DNA from: Thalia democratica | Taxonomy: Eukaryota | Assembly: GCA_965202585.1 (NCBI GenBank) | Contig: OZ241833.1 | Coordinates: forward strand, 41,788,001 to 41,852,000 | Length of the DNA: 64,000 nt | Reading direction: 5' to 3' | Shown: piece by piece, positions 1 through 12,403 of the stretch | Position numbering within the stretch: position 1 is the stretch's first letter | Layout of the letters: every line of letters starts with the position of its first letter | Translations under genes and position numbers: made by a program | Notes under the pieces: model-generated | What the model saw: only the letters and a program-made list of their open reading frames with translations | What the model was told of the DNA's origin: nothing | Databases searched by the model: none

Positions 1-2974
1 ACGAAATTAAAAGTGTCATATCAGCGCAGCATCAGATAAACAGACCAAAGAAGTAGGCAACATTTTAGTTATTAGTTAACCAAGAAATACAGCTTTCAAT
101 GGACTCAAAAATTTTAATTGCTTTATTGGTGTCTGTTTTCGCCTTTTTGTTTAATTCAAATGATAAAAGAATACCAATAAAAAGAATACAAATAAAAAGA
201 AAATAAATACTTGTATTTAAAATTAAATATTCATACTAGTATTATTAATTACTAGTTTTCTGCTAAATTAATATTTAAGTAAGAAGTGTGGAAGGATTTT
301 ATTTAGCAGGCCATACATAGAGAAATTTAGTTGCCGATCGGCCGGAACGTTTAAATTTTGTTCAATGCATGAAAATAGTTAAATTAATTTTGCCAAAAGT
401 ATTTGTATGATTTTTTTCAATAATAAGATTTTATATTTCCTATAAGCTGAACCAAACATTTTTCATACATCTTAATTGTTAAATTAATGCATAATAGAAA
501 CTTAACAACAAAAAAAGAAATTAGTATATTACGCATTTTAGTATGTTGATGTTAAATCTTAGTCAAACTATAGTTTAAAGCAATCAAATTTTTATAAGTG
601 TGGGAACTTATTAGTATCGAATTGTAAAAACTATTTTTAAAACGTTTTATAATATTAACTTTTTAACTGTTTTGTTTTAACAGTGTTAGTTTTGCATGAA
701 TAACCTTTTGTTGACTTACGACGTTCAATCTATTTTTGAAAGAGAATTTTAGTCTTTTCAACTAGAAAGATATTTAAAATATTCACCTAAAGTGAGAAAA
801 TCTTGCGCATTGAAGCATTTGAAATGCAGCTTCAGTTGTAACACCACAAAAATTACAGCTTAAAACAAGTGAATCTAGAACTACTTTAGTCCTACCTTTA
901 TAAATATTGATAAAGTGCTCACTCTAATAAGTACGCACCCACGTGAAGTAGATACGCACTAAATAAAGAAAAGTATTCAGATTGAAATAAAAAAAACATA
1001 TTGCATTAACCTAATTAAACTAAATAACATAAATGAACGAAAAAAGGATATTATTATGATCTATACAACTGTAGTACAAATAAATTTTGAAAAATCCAGT
1101 AATTTTAAAACAAAATTGGACGGACAGTATCTTAATAAATCGATGTTTACTTATGATCAGTGATAAAATAGTAAAAGTTTTCCCAGAACAGTAATGTACC
1201 ATTTATGTCTGGGTTCAAAGTGCTTACCATATTAATGTATTTACTGTATACATAACGTAGTGCAATTATATCTAGCTTGGCATTAAAAACAAGAGGAATT
1301 TTTGATAGGCCTAGTTGTAAAAATAACTGTGAAGCTACAAATTTTAATTGTAATGTAAAAAAAGCAAATGCTGATTAAAATTAACAAAAAATTCTAAATT
1401 TTTAGAAAAGTAATGTTTATGAACTTAAGTATAAAACCATAATATCAGGCTCATTTCTGATTTACCTTGTTTCTAAATTAAATAACATTTTGTCTCAAAT
1501 TATATCATTTTTATTACAAAGATAAAAATAACTTTGAACAATGTTTAAAAGAAGCGCGTCACAGAAAAATCAATAAAACAATTTTTTGTGTAATACTTTA
1601 TAAAAATTACAGAGTTTCGAATAGTTATAAATAATATCTAACTATTAAAATTAGATATAATAATTTGTTATAGTTTCTAAAAACTAAACACAGCACTATT
1701 AAAAAAATCTATTACTAAATATAATCAAATATTCTCATATTTAGATATTAGCTTGCCTTTTTTTGACTTAAAGTTTTGAAAATAGATTAAACTTTTTATT
1801 ATAGCTCTAAACTATTAAACAAGACTTGCCTGAGTATAACTGCATAATAAAGTTATTTTCAATTTGTTAACCAGTGTCTTATTTTCTGAAAATTAGATAT
1901 AAAGAATCAAGTTTAATGCTTATAAGTTTTTATACCTATAACTAAATATTTTTTAACTGTTTTATTTTTTTTTTGTTTCGTTACTAACAGCAAAGTACAT
2001 ACTGACTATTAAATTTAATAATTAATGTGGTCAAACAGTTTTACAGTTTTTTAAACAAAACGAACTTGTAAGAAAAATACATGTGTAATTAGAACTTATT
2101 GTATATTTTATTGTATGAGAAAAGACATGTAATTTATTAGAACATTATTATTAAGTTAGAACAGTCTATAAAAATTGTTTTAAATTTTAAGGCATTCAAA
2201 ATAGTTTTTTTAAGAAATATGGTTATATAACTTTAAAGAAAAAATAATGTTGAATAAAAAATTTATTTTTCTAAAGTTATAAAAAATTTTATCAAACTTA
2301 TTACATTTTCACTAAATAGTCCAATACAAAGTTAATTCAGTTTGAAAGTGTTGTTTTTTATTATGGCTACCTAATACTTTACCCTGACTAACTTGTTTTT
2401 ATATGAAAGAAGTTTCACATAAGATAAAATTTTTAAACTTTTTAACATTTTGTAAGTTGTTTAATAACAATTGTATTTATTTAAAGATTTATTGATTAAC
2501 TTTCAGATTAAAAATGTTTAAAAATTACATGTTAGATATAAATTTCTACAAGTAAACAAATATTATCAATCAAACTGTTTTAAAATGTGAGTTACATCGT
2601 ACTTTAAATTTTTTCAAATAGTAAGTAATCAGTAGTATCATAGGTCTGCAGTACTCAACTTTATTATAAGCTACTATTAAGTACATTGTGTCTGCTATCT
2701 CATATTATAAAGTGCTATTAATAATTCTTTACAGTAAACTCAACTGACTAAATTAAATTAAATAACCCAAGTTTTTTTTTAACTTCAAATACTAAGAAGT
2801 TATAACTTAAAGGCTGCCTTAAATTCTGGCGAAAAGTAGAAGAAAATATTAATGCTTTTATGACAAACTAAACCAAAAATTGAGCTTTTTTTAAACTAAA
2901 CTTGTTTAAGTTTTAACTACATATTAATTTTAACATCTTTTACAGCTGTTTCATAGTAGTTAAAGTTACTGAAC

Positions 2975-4703
2975 ATGTTAACTTACCTCTGTTCAGTTGT
3001 TCAATGGAGCACTTTCATCTTCACGACGTGGAAAACCAATAATCTCTTCGAATCCATCCTTCAATCCTCTATTAACATGCAGCAAACGTTCCTCAACAAG
3101 TTGGACAAAGACACTGTCAGAGATCAGCTCCATAATTTTGTTGACAAAACCTGCGATTACTGCTTCGACCCTGAGAAGTTGTTGAAAAATATCAAAAGTT
3201 TCATCCAATTTTTGTACTACTTTTTAATGGTTGGAGCAGTCTGTTTTGTGTGGAAGTTTACCGACCAAATTATAGCTTTTGTCGCAATTTACTTGTTGTA
3301 CAGTCATTATGACGTCATAAAAAAAGCTGTTGCGACCTGTGGAGTATTGTCAAACGCCGTTGGTGGATTTCGTGTGGGCTCTCTATTTTGGCCGCAACTT
3401 TTACATTGAGTTGCGTAGATATTGTTATATTTGCAAACTTCAATCAACATTACAGTTGGATTATTTGTATAGCGGGTAGTTTTACATCCTTCAATATGGT
3501 GTGGGTTTTAACCAAAAATTGTGTCAGTTGCTCGGTTTATATAATAAACTTGTTAAATTTTGCAATCAAAAATCCATTGGCAGTTTTCTATGTGATAGCT
3601 GTTTTGGTGTTGGTAGGTTTTTGCTGGAGTTTGAGTAAAGTAATTGCCATTAGAGTCATAAAATTCCTTGTAAATACAACTTACTTACCTGACGTCGATA
3701 AAAGCTCTCCAGAAAATTCTGTAGACCCTGAGTTATCAGTCATTTTCGAAAAATCTAAATTTCCTATTAAATTGGAAGTTCCAGAAAGTTCTGAATATCT
3801 TCCGTTACCTGAGTTTCCTACCAAATATAAAGTTCCAGAAATTTCTGTAGATCTTCCGTTACCTGAACTTTCTGCACAATATAAAGTTCCAGAAAATTTC
3901 AAAGATCTTCCGTTACCTAAACTTCCTACCCAATGTAAAGTTCCTGATAATTTTGAAGATCTTCCGTTACCTGAACCCCCTGCAAAATGTGAAATTCCAG
4001 AAATTTCTGAAGATCTTCCGTTACCTGAACTTTCTGCACAAAATAAAGTTCTTGAAAAATGTGAAAACATCAAATGCTTGATGAAAAATAACGATGAGGC
4101 GACTGTATCTGAAGACAATTTAGAAACTGAAGTAGTAAATCCTGAAACTTCAAAAGCAAAGACTGAAGTTACTGCTGTTTTTCCTTTCAATGCTGATAAA
4201 TTTTTAACGGTCAATTGTCAAAATGACAACAAAGTTACAGTTTTAACAGCTAAAGATATAAATACTGAAGCTTCTAACAAAAATATTCCATCTATACCTG
4301 ATAATATACCAGCATTTAAACCTGAAGAGACCAAAAAGGTTGTAGTTGAAGCCTTAAAAAGAGAATTGACAAATACTAATTCTTCTGACAACAGCATTTC
4401 CTCTACACCTGATATAATTCTACCAGTTAAACCTAAATATGCTAAAAAGATTGTTGCTGAAGCGTCAAAAGCTGATTCAGATGAAGAATTCCGTAGGGCT
4501 CCTCTGAATCTGATAAAATTGAGGATTGTGAAAAGTTACCGGAAGCAACTAGGACTCCACCTGTTCCAAAGCTTAAAGGTATGACTTTCTTCTATTCTGA
4601 TAGGTCTAAGAATACGTCAGGAAGTGAATCTGAGAAAAACGAAGACCGTGAACCAGAAAAGAATGGTGTGAGAGGTGATAACCGAAAAGGTGAAACAAAG
4701 TGA
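2975..4703 (+). pseudogene. A1: multi-TM protein with 18-aa repeats, disrupted
   Basis: Colinear with intact A2. A7 instead of A8 at ~3319-3325 splits ORFs 2975-3409 and 3388-4584. A 28-bp deletion between TCTGAATC direct repeats at ~4510 shifts the tail. Ancestral stop TGA at 4701-4703. The homopolymer lesion could be a sequencing error. Confidence 0.85.
3778..4047 (+). repeat. Coding 54-bp tandem repeat, 5 units (VPExSEDLPLPExxxxxK)
   Basis: Five LPLP motifs at 18-aa spacing in the translation. Confidence 0.95.
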
Positions 4704-5960
4704 ACTACTAAAGCCACGTAACCAGAAATTCTCTTGAAAATATTATTTAGTTATCATTGATGTATACTTTCTGTTAGATTTGAATTTTTGTTACATTTTT
4801 AAAAATTTAGTTTCGTTGTATTGCGTTTTGTTTTGTGAATTGCACTGAGAATAACTTTAATAAATTATCACTCAATATCAGTACTTTTTGTTTAGTAAAT
4901 AGTAAAAAAACAATGTATCTAAAAACTTGGAATGTTAAATATTTGGAATAGTTTTATTTGTAACTATGTTTATTAATCTGGTCATGTATTTGCAAATATA
5001 ACTTTAAGTATTGTTTCATCGAATACAATTTTTTCTAATTTTATCAATGTATCATGTTTAAACATTAATTAGAATAAACATTTTATCTTAAACCTTGGTT
5101 TTATTGAAATGGTTAAATGAACTCGAAAAAGTCTTAAGCTGTTTGACAAAACATTTTGAATTAAATTTTCTTAAGCATCACCTATGCAGTCTAGACTTTT
5201 TAGAAACTAAACTTAAATTTGAATTTAGTATACATAAGTGAAGTTTTAGTTTGATAAAAGAAAGAAATTCTGTTTTAACTTGATGGTGTATTTGGAGTTC
5301 TAATTTTAACCTTAACTATTTAATTTAGTTTACTAGAATTTGTTTGTACTTAGCCAGTAGTTTGTAAACATGTATATTTAATTTCAATTGAATTAAAATG
5401 ACCTAAAAGTTATAATTTCTTGTAATAGCTTAGTAATCTTAGCATAAATTTGTTTTGATAAGCAGTCTAATAACTTTTTCGCTAGAGTACTAGGTGTTTT
5501 TGTTAAAATAAAATTTAATTGTCGTATGTTATTAAACCTTATTGATAGTTTGTCTTCCTACATTTTGCCATGTTTTTTTTTCAGATTTTATGTCAAGTGA
5601 TGATCTCATTTTTGAGTGAAACATTGTTTTCAAAATAAGAGGTTTAAAATAATTGGAATATCTACTTAAAATGAAAATTTTTCATACGGATTTAAACTTT
5701 TTTACTTTACAAAATATCTTTCGTTGAGGGCAATGGTTTCTTTCAATATACATTTTTTTTGAAGTGTGTGTACTGTACAATATGCACATAAAAACTATCT
5801 TTGAATAAAAATAAAGTTTTACAGGCAGCAAGATATATTTTTTAAAATGATATGAACTTGTTTTTTAGAGTTTTAATACGTTTTTAGTTTTTTTCTTAAC
5901 AAGATCTACTGACAAACAGTTTTGTAACTTGCTGAATTCAATATTAAAGTTTCATATGTT

Positions 5961-6330
5961 AGGGATGGGCAACATACGAATCGCGGAGTGAAAGCGATCG
6001 GTCCGCCAATGTTTACAAAATTTAAAAGAAATCCGGCCTGCAAAAGGTATAACTAAGCAAGATTGTAAATCTGGTCCACTTACCGAGTTTTAAAGCTTAC
6101 ACTAGGTTTTTTGGGACTAGATTTGAAGAAGAAAAGAAAGTTGTTAAGTGCAAATTATTAAAGTTTAAAGCTCACACTAGATATTGAGTTGAAAATCAAA
6201 TCGAACTAGTGTTTTTTCGAATTGATTCGGATTAATGAGTAGTTTTTGTGACTTAAATGAAATTGTAATGCTCGGTCCCGCCAAAGACTAAACTTTTTCA
6301 CCTCTGGCCCGCCGACTCAAAACCACCCCT
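5961..6330. mobile_element. MITE-like element (~370 bp), copy behind A1
   Basis: Imperfect terminal inverted repeats AGGGATGG / CCACCCCT, flanked by a direct ATGTT (5956-5960 and 6331-6335); GC-richer ends; no ORF. Confidence 0.6.
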
Positions 6331-6586
6331 ATGTTATTAGTCGGAAAACTTTTAATCTTTTCATTTCCAACAGGTTTTCAGAAGAGACATTTGTTCGTAT
6401 ATGTTTGTATGTAATGAATTATGTCACTTATACAGAAACATTTTACACTATTGCTTCAATTGCTTAGTGGATAAAAACATAATAATAAAACATTTACTTA
6501 AAAAATTAATAACATTATGAATACCAGTCTTTAATTCAAAATCTGTACTCTTGTAAAATTCAGCTTTACTTAAATATAATAAGAAA

Positions 6587-9500
6587 CTAAGCAGCAAAAG
6601 CTTTTAATGCATTATGTACTTTACATTTACTTGATATCAATTGAGCACTAAATTATATTAATGATGTTCTATGTATACAAAAACAATAGTTAATAAAAAT
6701 TTATAAGTATTTAAAATTGAGAAATCACCTGAGGGTTACTGAAACATTTAGTGCTTGGCAACCCTGAAAAATAATCTTGCATAAAATTTAGCTATCAAAA
6801 TTAAATAAAAAAATAACCTCACTAAGAGCTGCAATAGTCCAAGAACTGACTTGGTTCACCAAAATGGTTAGCAGTATTGAGGATTGATTAGGAATTAGAA
6901 AGATAATTGATCTGGCATTTAAATAAAGATGCCCAATTTGTTCTGCCTAACATAAGACTTTTTAGTGAGTTTATGAATATAAAGTAAATCAAACAAATGA
7001 CACTTTTTCAACATACAGGTAAACACTTTTCTTTAAAGTTGTGAACAAAAAGATAATAATACACATAGTTATCATAATAAACTAGAAGACTGTTGATTTA
7101 AGGCAATTTTTCAACATACAGGTAAATATTTTTCTGCGGAGTTGTGAACAAAAAGAAAAAAAAACATGATTATCACAATAAAGTAGAAGTCTGTTGATTT
7201 AAGACAATTTTTCAACATACAGGTAAAGACTTTTCTGTGGAGTTGTGAACAGAGAATAAAATACATAATTATCACAATAAAGTAGAAGACTGTTGATATA
7301 AATAACTTTGACAACATACAGGTAAAGACTTTTCTTTGAAGTGGTGAACAAAATTATAATAATACACTTCATTATCATAATAAAGTAGAAGAATGTTGAT
7401 TTAAATAACTTTGACAACATGCAGATGATGTAGATTTGTTATGTTTTCTTTTTTATTCAACCATAAACAGATCAAGTTTATATTTTATTGATTTTTTTTC
7501 ATACTATGTCATTGTTTTTGAATTGTATGTGCTTGTACTTTTTATTACTTAAAGCAACATATAAAAGGCAAACTCTAAAAATACATATGTAAAGAAAGTT
7601 AATGTAAAAATTTGATGGCCTACCTCTTTCAAGAAAACTTTTCTGAAATGAATTACAATGTTTTAGAAGTTTCCGCAAATAGATTTTTTGTATAATTACG
7701 TAATAAATAAAAACTTTGTGCAAAAAATTCACTTGGTGACATTAACGAGGCCTCTCTTCTCTCGCTTTGAGAGTTTTAAGCTAATTTTCAACTTTTGGCT
7801 CTAACTTTTTTAAACCTTTTTTTTTTCAAAAATAAATTTCACCATCGTTTTCAGCACAAAATTCTGCTTTCAAAAACATCAAACACTTTATCAAAACGTT
7901 AAAAAATAAGCAAATTACAACTTTAAAAATTCAAAGCTTTGAAATATACAAATTTTTGTTTTGAAAACATTTCAAACTTCAATGTTTTTGCATGATTTGA
8001 TTTAGAAGTTTAAAAAACTAGCAGATACTAGTATTCATACTATGTACATAACAAATATCTCTGCTTTGTTCTTTTTTTCAACTATTTTATTTTGTTAAAC
8101 ACTAAACGTTGATGCTTCTAACTATTCAGTAATTGCTTTAACAAAATCTATGCTAGTGAATCTAACTGTTTCAATTTAAGCTATATTGATTACCATAACA
8201 ATAAACTTGAGTTAAGTTCGTGTTACTCACTATACAAACTTACTGGTTTGTTTATTTACTTATAAAATAATGCTTCACTCTAAACTTAATGAGATCCTTA
8301 GTTGTAATAAACACCTTAAAAAAACATTTAGAAAGAAATTTAAGCTCAGCTTAACTTTACTCACTATGTTTAACACGTAACAAAACTATAAGAAAGAGTT
8401 AAATAGACTAAAAACTGTCAAATAAATAACTGTACTAGTATATTTTTTTAATTTAAAGTAGCTTTTATCTAAAAGCCATACCAAATCTAGTCATTTAAAA
8501 TATAATAGGTTTTATATAAACTATTTTGGCACTTACATTTCAAACTTCACAGTCTAAATTATTGCAGTTGTAGTAACAAACTTTAGTTTTAAACATGATT
8601 TTTCAAACCAGAAGTCTTTCAATACTTGGGCTTTATTTATTTTGTTTTACTTATTGCATAAATTTTCATTTACCTTCCATTTATTTGTTCAAATATTTTT
8701 TTCAGATTTGGTTTTAACAAATGATGATCTTTTATGTTATAAAGTAGGAGTAAAACATAGTTTAGTTTATAATAAACTGTGAAAATAAAATATAATTTAT
8801 ATCCTTAAAGCTACTTTAATTGAAAACTTTCAATTGCTTAATTTCAATATCATTAATTTTATGCAAATTTTTAACCAACAAAGTCGAATGATAATGAAAA
8901 AAGATTTTTGAAAATGTTCCACTTCAACCAAAATCTGTTATTAATAATATACAAGTATATTGATTAGTATCATGAATAAATTTACTTAATAAGTTGGTTA
9001 CTATGTTTAAAGTATACTAATAAAATTAACTTACATTATTAGAAACCATACTTTCAGCTTTGAACGTTTTTATCTTGTTCTCAATTTTTGTACAGATATT
9101 TTTCACTTTGTTGTTAAGCAACTTATAAAGCAATCCAATAACAATTTTTTCAAGATCAATTTTGTCAGTTACATCAAACCAAATTTTTCGATGCTTAAAT
9201 GCTTATTTTTAATAAAAAAATTGATTACCATTAGCTTTAAGTTGTGTTGGTTTTGTTTCAAACTTGTAATTGATTTCCCATGCCTAGCAATAACTAATGA
9301 ATAATAACTAAATTTTCTAAACGAAACAAGCTGTTTTTGTTTCCAAATTTAAACTAATGAACTTATGTTATGAGACGATGTTTATGTAACAGACTTTAAA
9401 TGAAAACTATACATAAGCGACTGAAAAAATGCATTAATAAAATAACATAAGTTTTAAATAAACTAGCTTAGAATATGAAAAACAAATGCTTTAACATTTT

Positions 9501-10564
9501 AGTAGTTATTTACATCATTTTAAAAAGCGTATCATCAATAGGTGTAAAAAAATAATCAAATAATAAGCAAAATAAACTTTGCTTGCCTATTATAAAAAGC
9601 CTAGACACGGCATTGCTGCTGATGTGCATTCAAATAATTTATCTCATTTATTTTTGAGCTCCTCAATTTTTTTAGAAGTACTCTTCACATAGTTTAAAAG
9701 ATCTTCAATTTTAGTTTGTTTAAATGTCTGTTTCCTACATTTGTTTAAAATTTAATATAAATAGGCTTAAAAAAATTTAAAAAAACCCTATAAAAACTGA
9801 GGGTAGAATTATATTTTTACTGAAATAGTCTATTTTTTTCTTCTTATCTCAAAAGTTACAAAGAATTTAAAAAATATGTAGATAACTACCAGTAGCTTAG
9901 TTTTTAATGTAAAAAACTGATTTTCAATATAAAGCGATTCTCTCCCTGTAGCCTTTGAAATTTTAGTTGATAAAAGATTACTTTTTAAGACACAAGTGGA
10001 AGGATGGAACCCTTATAACATTAAAATTTTTATTAAAAAAGTCTAAAGAATGCCCTCCAAATCTAACAACAGGACTGTACTGCGACGAAGGCTTAATTTC
10101 TATAGAGAAAAAAAAAACACAAGTAAAGTTGATATAGAGAAAATTAAAAAAACTATGCACATAATGTCAAAAGACATGGGAATAAAGTTAGATGTCAAAA
10201 ATCAAGAAGATATAGAAGTTCAGGTTGATATTTTGTTTAAATGAAAGTATTAGTTTTTTTTTTAAGTTTTCAATTTAAATATTTTCAGTATGACTGAGCA
10301 GTTAGCTCTTTCCGTCAAAATTTTAATGGAATAAGGAATTGAAAAATTTTCCATCAATAATTTCCGAATTCTTTGAATTTCAAACTATCATTATAAATCT
10401 ATGTTTTAAAAGGACGTAATGCTTTCCATATTCCTTGAAAGAATTTTGGCAAGAAATGCTAATTGTTTAAAGGATAAAACTGAAACATTATGTTTTTATT
10501 ATCTACTATCTTCTTTTATTCCAAAAGGAACAACTGCTCCAGTGTTCCTCCATACGTGTTGCCC
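6587..10564 (-). pseudogene. Decayed multi-exon gene of unknown product, copy 1
   Basis: AG/GT-bounded open exons: 10564-10507 (GQHVWRNTGAVVPFGIKED), 10099-9982 (IKPSSQYSPVVRFGGHSLDFFNKNFNVIRVPSFHLCLK), 9734- (KQTFKQTKIEDLLNYVKSTSKKIEELKNK*), 9193-9052 (HRKIWFDVTDKIDLEKIVIGLL...KAE), 8776-8674, 6946-6818, 6763-6729, 6647-6587. Several consecutive junctions are phase-compatible, but in-frame stops occur in some exons and not all exons could be resolved. Confidence 0.55.
7001..7424. repeat. ~100-bp tandem repeat, 4 units plus a partial
   Basis: CAACATACAGGTAAA at 7009, 7112, 7213 and 7312, and CAACATGCAG at 7415 (periods 99-103 bp). Confidence 0.9.
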
Positions 10565-10767
10565 CTGAAGCAGTATATAAAAAAAATTTACTACTTTATT
10601 GTGGTGACTGGATTATAAACCACAGTTAAATTTTTGCACCAAATATACTTGAAAGTCTATAACAGCCTGCCGCCTATCTTAGTAAGTGTAAAATAAAGAT
10701 TTCATTTACAGGGATTTTTCTTATTCAATTATAATTATTATAAACATTTATAAATGATTATATACTT
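10216..10767 (+). repeat. X block, left direct repeat of calpain cassette 1
   Basis: AAGTTCAGGTTGATATTTT...GATTATATACTT recurs at 14736-15305, 31517-32072, 36017-36586, 60070-60624 and partially at 47017-47413. Confidence 0.9.
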
Positions 10768-10997
10768 TTTTCAAACAACAGTTTTAATACTTTTCACTTA
10801 TCACGACTATTTTTATTATTAGTTTTTGTAAAAAAAAATAATAAAGTTTACACATCAACAAAAACCAACTTATGTTATCTATGATTTACTTGTTTATTTT
10901 TTTTCTTTTGCTGCATAAAAATAGCTAAGTAATCTTATTTTCACATTTCAGGTGTTCGATTTTTAAGTAAGTGACACTTTTATGTTGCAAATGAAAA

Positions 10998-11976
10998 ATG
11001 TTCAAAATCGGTCGAAACGTTCTGGCAAGAGCTTTTTGCCTGAAAACATTTGACCAACACAAAGAAGACCAAACTACTAGTACCAGTGAATACTGCGTGG
11101 CACAGTTTTCTCCATTGTCTACAGGGCTCAACAACATTGAAAAAAACATTGAACACTTCAAACGAGATTCGCAGCAACAAAACTGCTGGCGACAATTCAA
11201 CTACTGGTGACAGTTTTAGAGCTTGTGAAAGTATAAGCGTGCACGCCTTCAAACAAGGTAGGCTGGGAAACTGCGGCATGATATCTTCAATGGCGGCGCT
11301 GGCAACCAACAGAGACATTTACAACAAGGTCGTGCCAGCAGGTCAGAACTTTGAAAGCAACGACTCATCAAGCGTCTCGTTCAACCTTTACAAGCTGGGC
11401 AAGCTTCACAGAGTCGAGGTGGACAAAAAACTGCCGACGGACGAAAAAGGGTTGGTGTACGGCAGAAGCTGGAATGGAAACTTGGTGGGGCCGTTGCTGG
11501 AAAAATGTCTTGTTCAGCTGCACTTTGGAGGAAGTTACGAACGTTCCCACGGCGTCAACGCGCACCACGTCATAAACAGCCTGACAAACTGTTACTTTGA
11601 AGAGTTTTTGTTCGAAGGAAACCGTTCGAGTTCTGCGCAAAAACGAGTTGTCAATCACGGGTTGGAAACAAAATCTCAAATGGCAGTGGGTTTTAAAGAG
11701 CCAGTGAAAAAATATAACTTGCTAAGTCACCATTACCACAGTGTGTTTGAAGTGGAAAACACTAAAACTGACTCCCTGCAACTCTACGACCCTCACGGTA
11801 GGCTTTTATCAATTTCAAAAAAAGAATTTTTTGACGCTGAAAAATCACTGGAGATATGCTATTTTGACAACAAAATTTTCGGAAATCCAGATATAAAAAC
11901 TTCGATTGAGTTTACAGGCAGCTGGCTACCGTTGAAGATCAATGAAAAAGTAAATTTTGTCGACTACGACCTATAA
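10998..11976 (+). pseudogene. Calpain-like cysteine protease (peptidase C2 catalytic domain), copy 1, N-terminal frameshift
   Basis: QGRLGNCGMISSMAALA, GNLVGPLLEK..VQLHFGGSY, HYHSV and LYDPHG match calpain CysPc motifs. ATG 10998 is out of frame with the catalytic part because of A7 (A6 in copy 3) at ~11140-11146; the track's 11050 start is a TTG. Confidence 0.8.
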
Positions 11977-12403
11977 ATTTAATTTCAAAATACAATTCTT
12001 CGATAAATCTTCAAGCTTTTATTATTACGAACGATGGCAAAGTGACTGTAAAAAATGCTCGGCCCTTTTCAGTAACGACGATAAAATTTTCTATAGAAAA
12101 TCCTTTAGAGATAATTTAAAAAGTGGAAATTACAAATTAGTAATTGTGGTGTCAAAATCATTAAAACTGAAGAGTTGCTTAGAATGTGAGAAGTACTTGG
12201 AAAACGGCGGGAATGAATTTCTTTTCCGACTTGCTGCTTCAAAACAATGCTTTGTTGAAAAGACTGAGGGAAAGGATTCTGAGGAAGTAGAGGAAGTAAT
12301 ACTTGATTGGTGGTATTGTGACTTTTTGTTCGAAAACAGCTTTACTAAAAAAGAAAAAGTTTTGATTTTTCTTAAAAAAATATTTTCGTACCTAAAACTG
12401 TAG
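11957..12403 (+). CDS. Downstream frame of the calpain gene, probably the rest of domain III (beta-sandwich), copy 1
   Basis: Overlaps the upstream stop in the +1 frame; no ATG (TTG start); LKSGNYKLVIVVS resembles the calpain domain III L.pG.Y.IVP motif; AATAAA at 12421-12426 follows its stop. Confidence 0.55.
   Translation: MSTTTYKFNFKIQFFDKSSSFYYYERWQSDCKKCSALFSNDDKIFYRKSFRDNLKSGNYKLVIVVSKSLKLKSCLECEKYLENGGNEFLFRLAASKQCFVEKTEGKDSEEVEEVILDWWYCDFLFENSFTKKEKVLIFLKKIFSYLKL

Larger units (their letters stand above)
535..6370 (+). repeat. A-module copy 1 (5' flank + membrane-protein gene + 3' flank ending in a MITE)
   Basis: Starts with the shared motif GTATGTTGATGTTAAATCTTAG, also seen at ~16147, ~22043 and ~37437; colinear homology continues through the gene and 3' flank to the MITE. 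Edges approximate. Confidence 0.85.

Noticed and set aside
7001-7424. CRISPR-like array
   Set aside because: Whole ~100-bp units are homologous, so there are no unique spacers; no cas genes; eukaryotic context.
10050-10244. + strand 64-aa ORF MPSKSNNRTVLRRRL...
   Set aside because: Overlaps a minus-strand exon with good splice sites; it is disrupted in copy 3 (absent from the ORF track).
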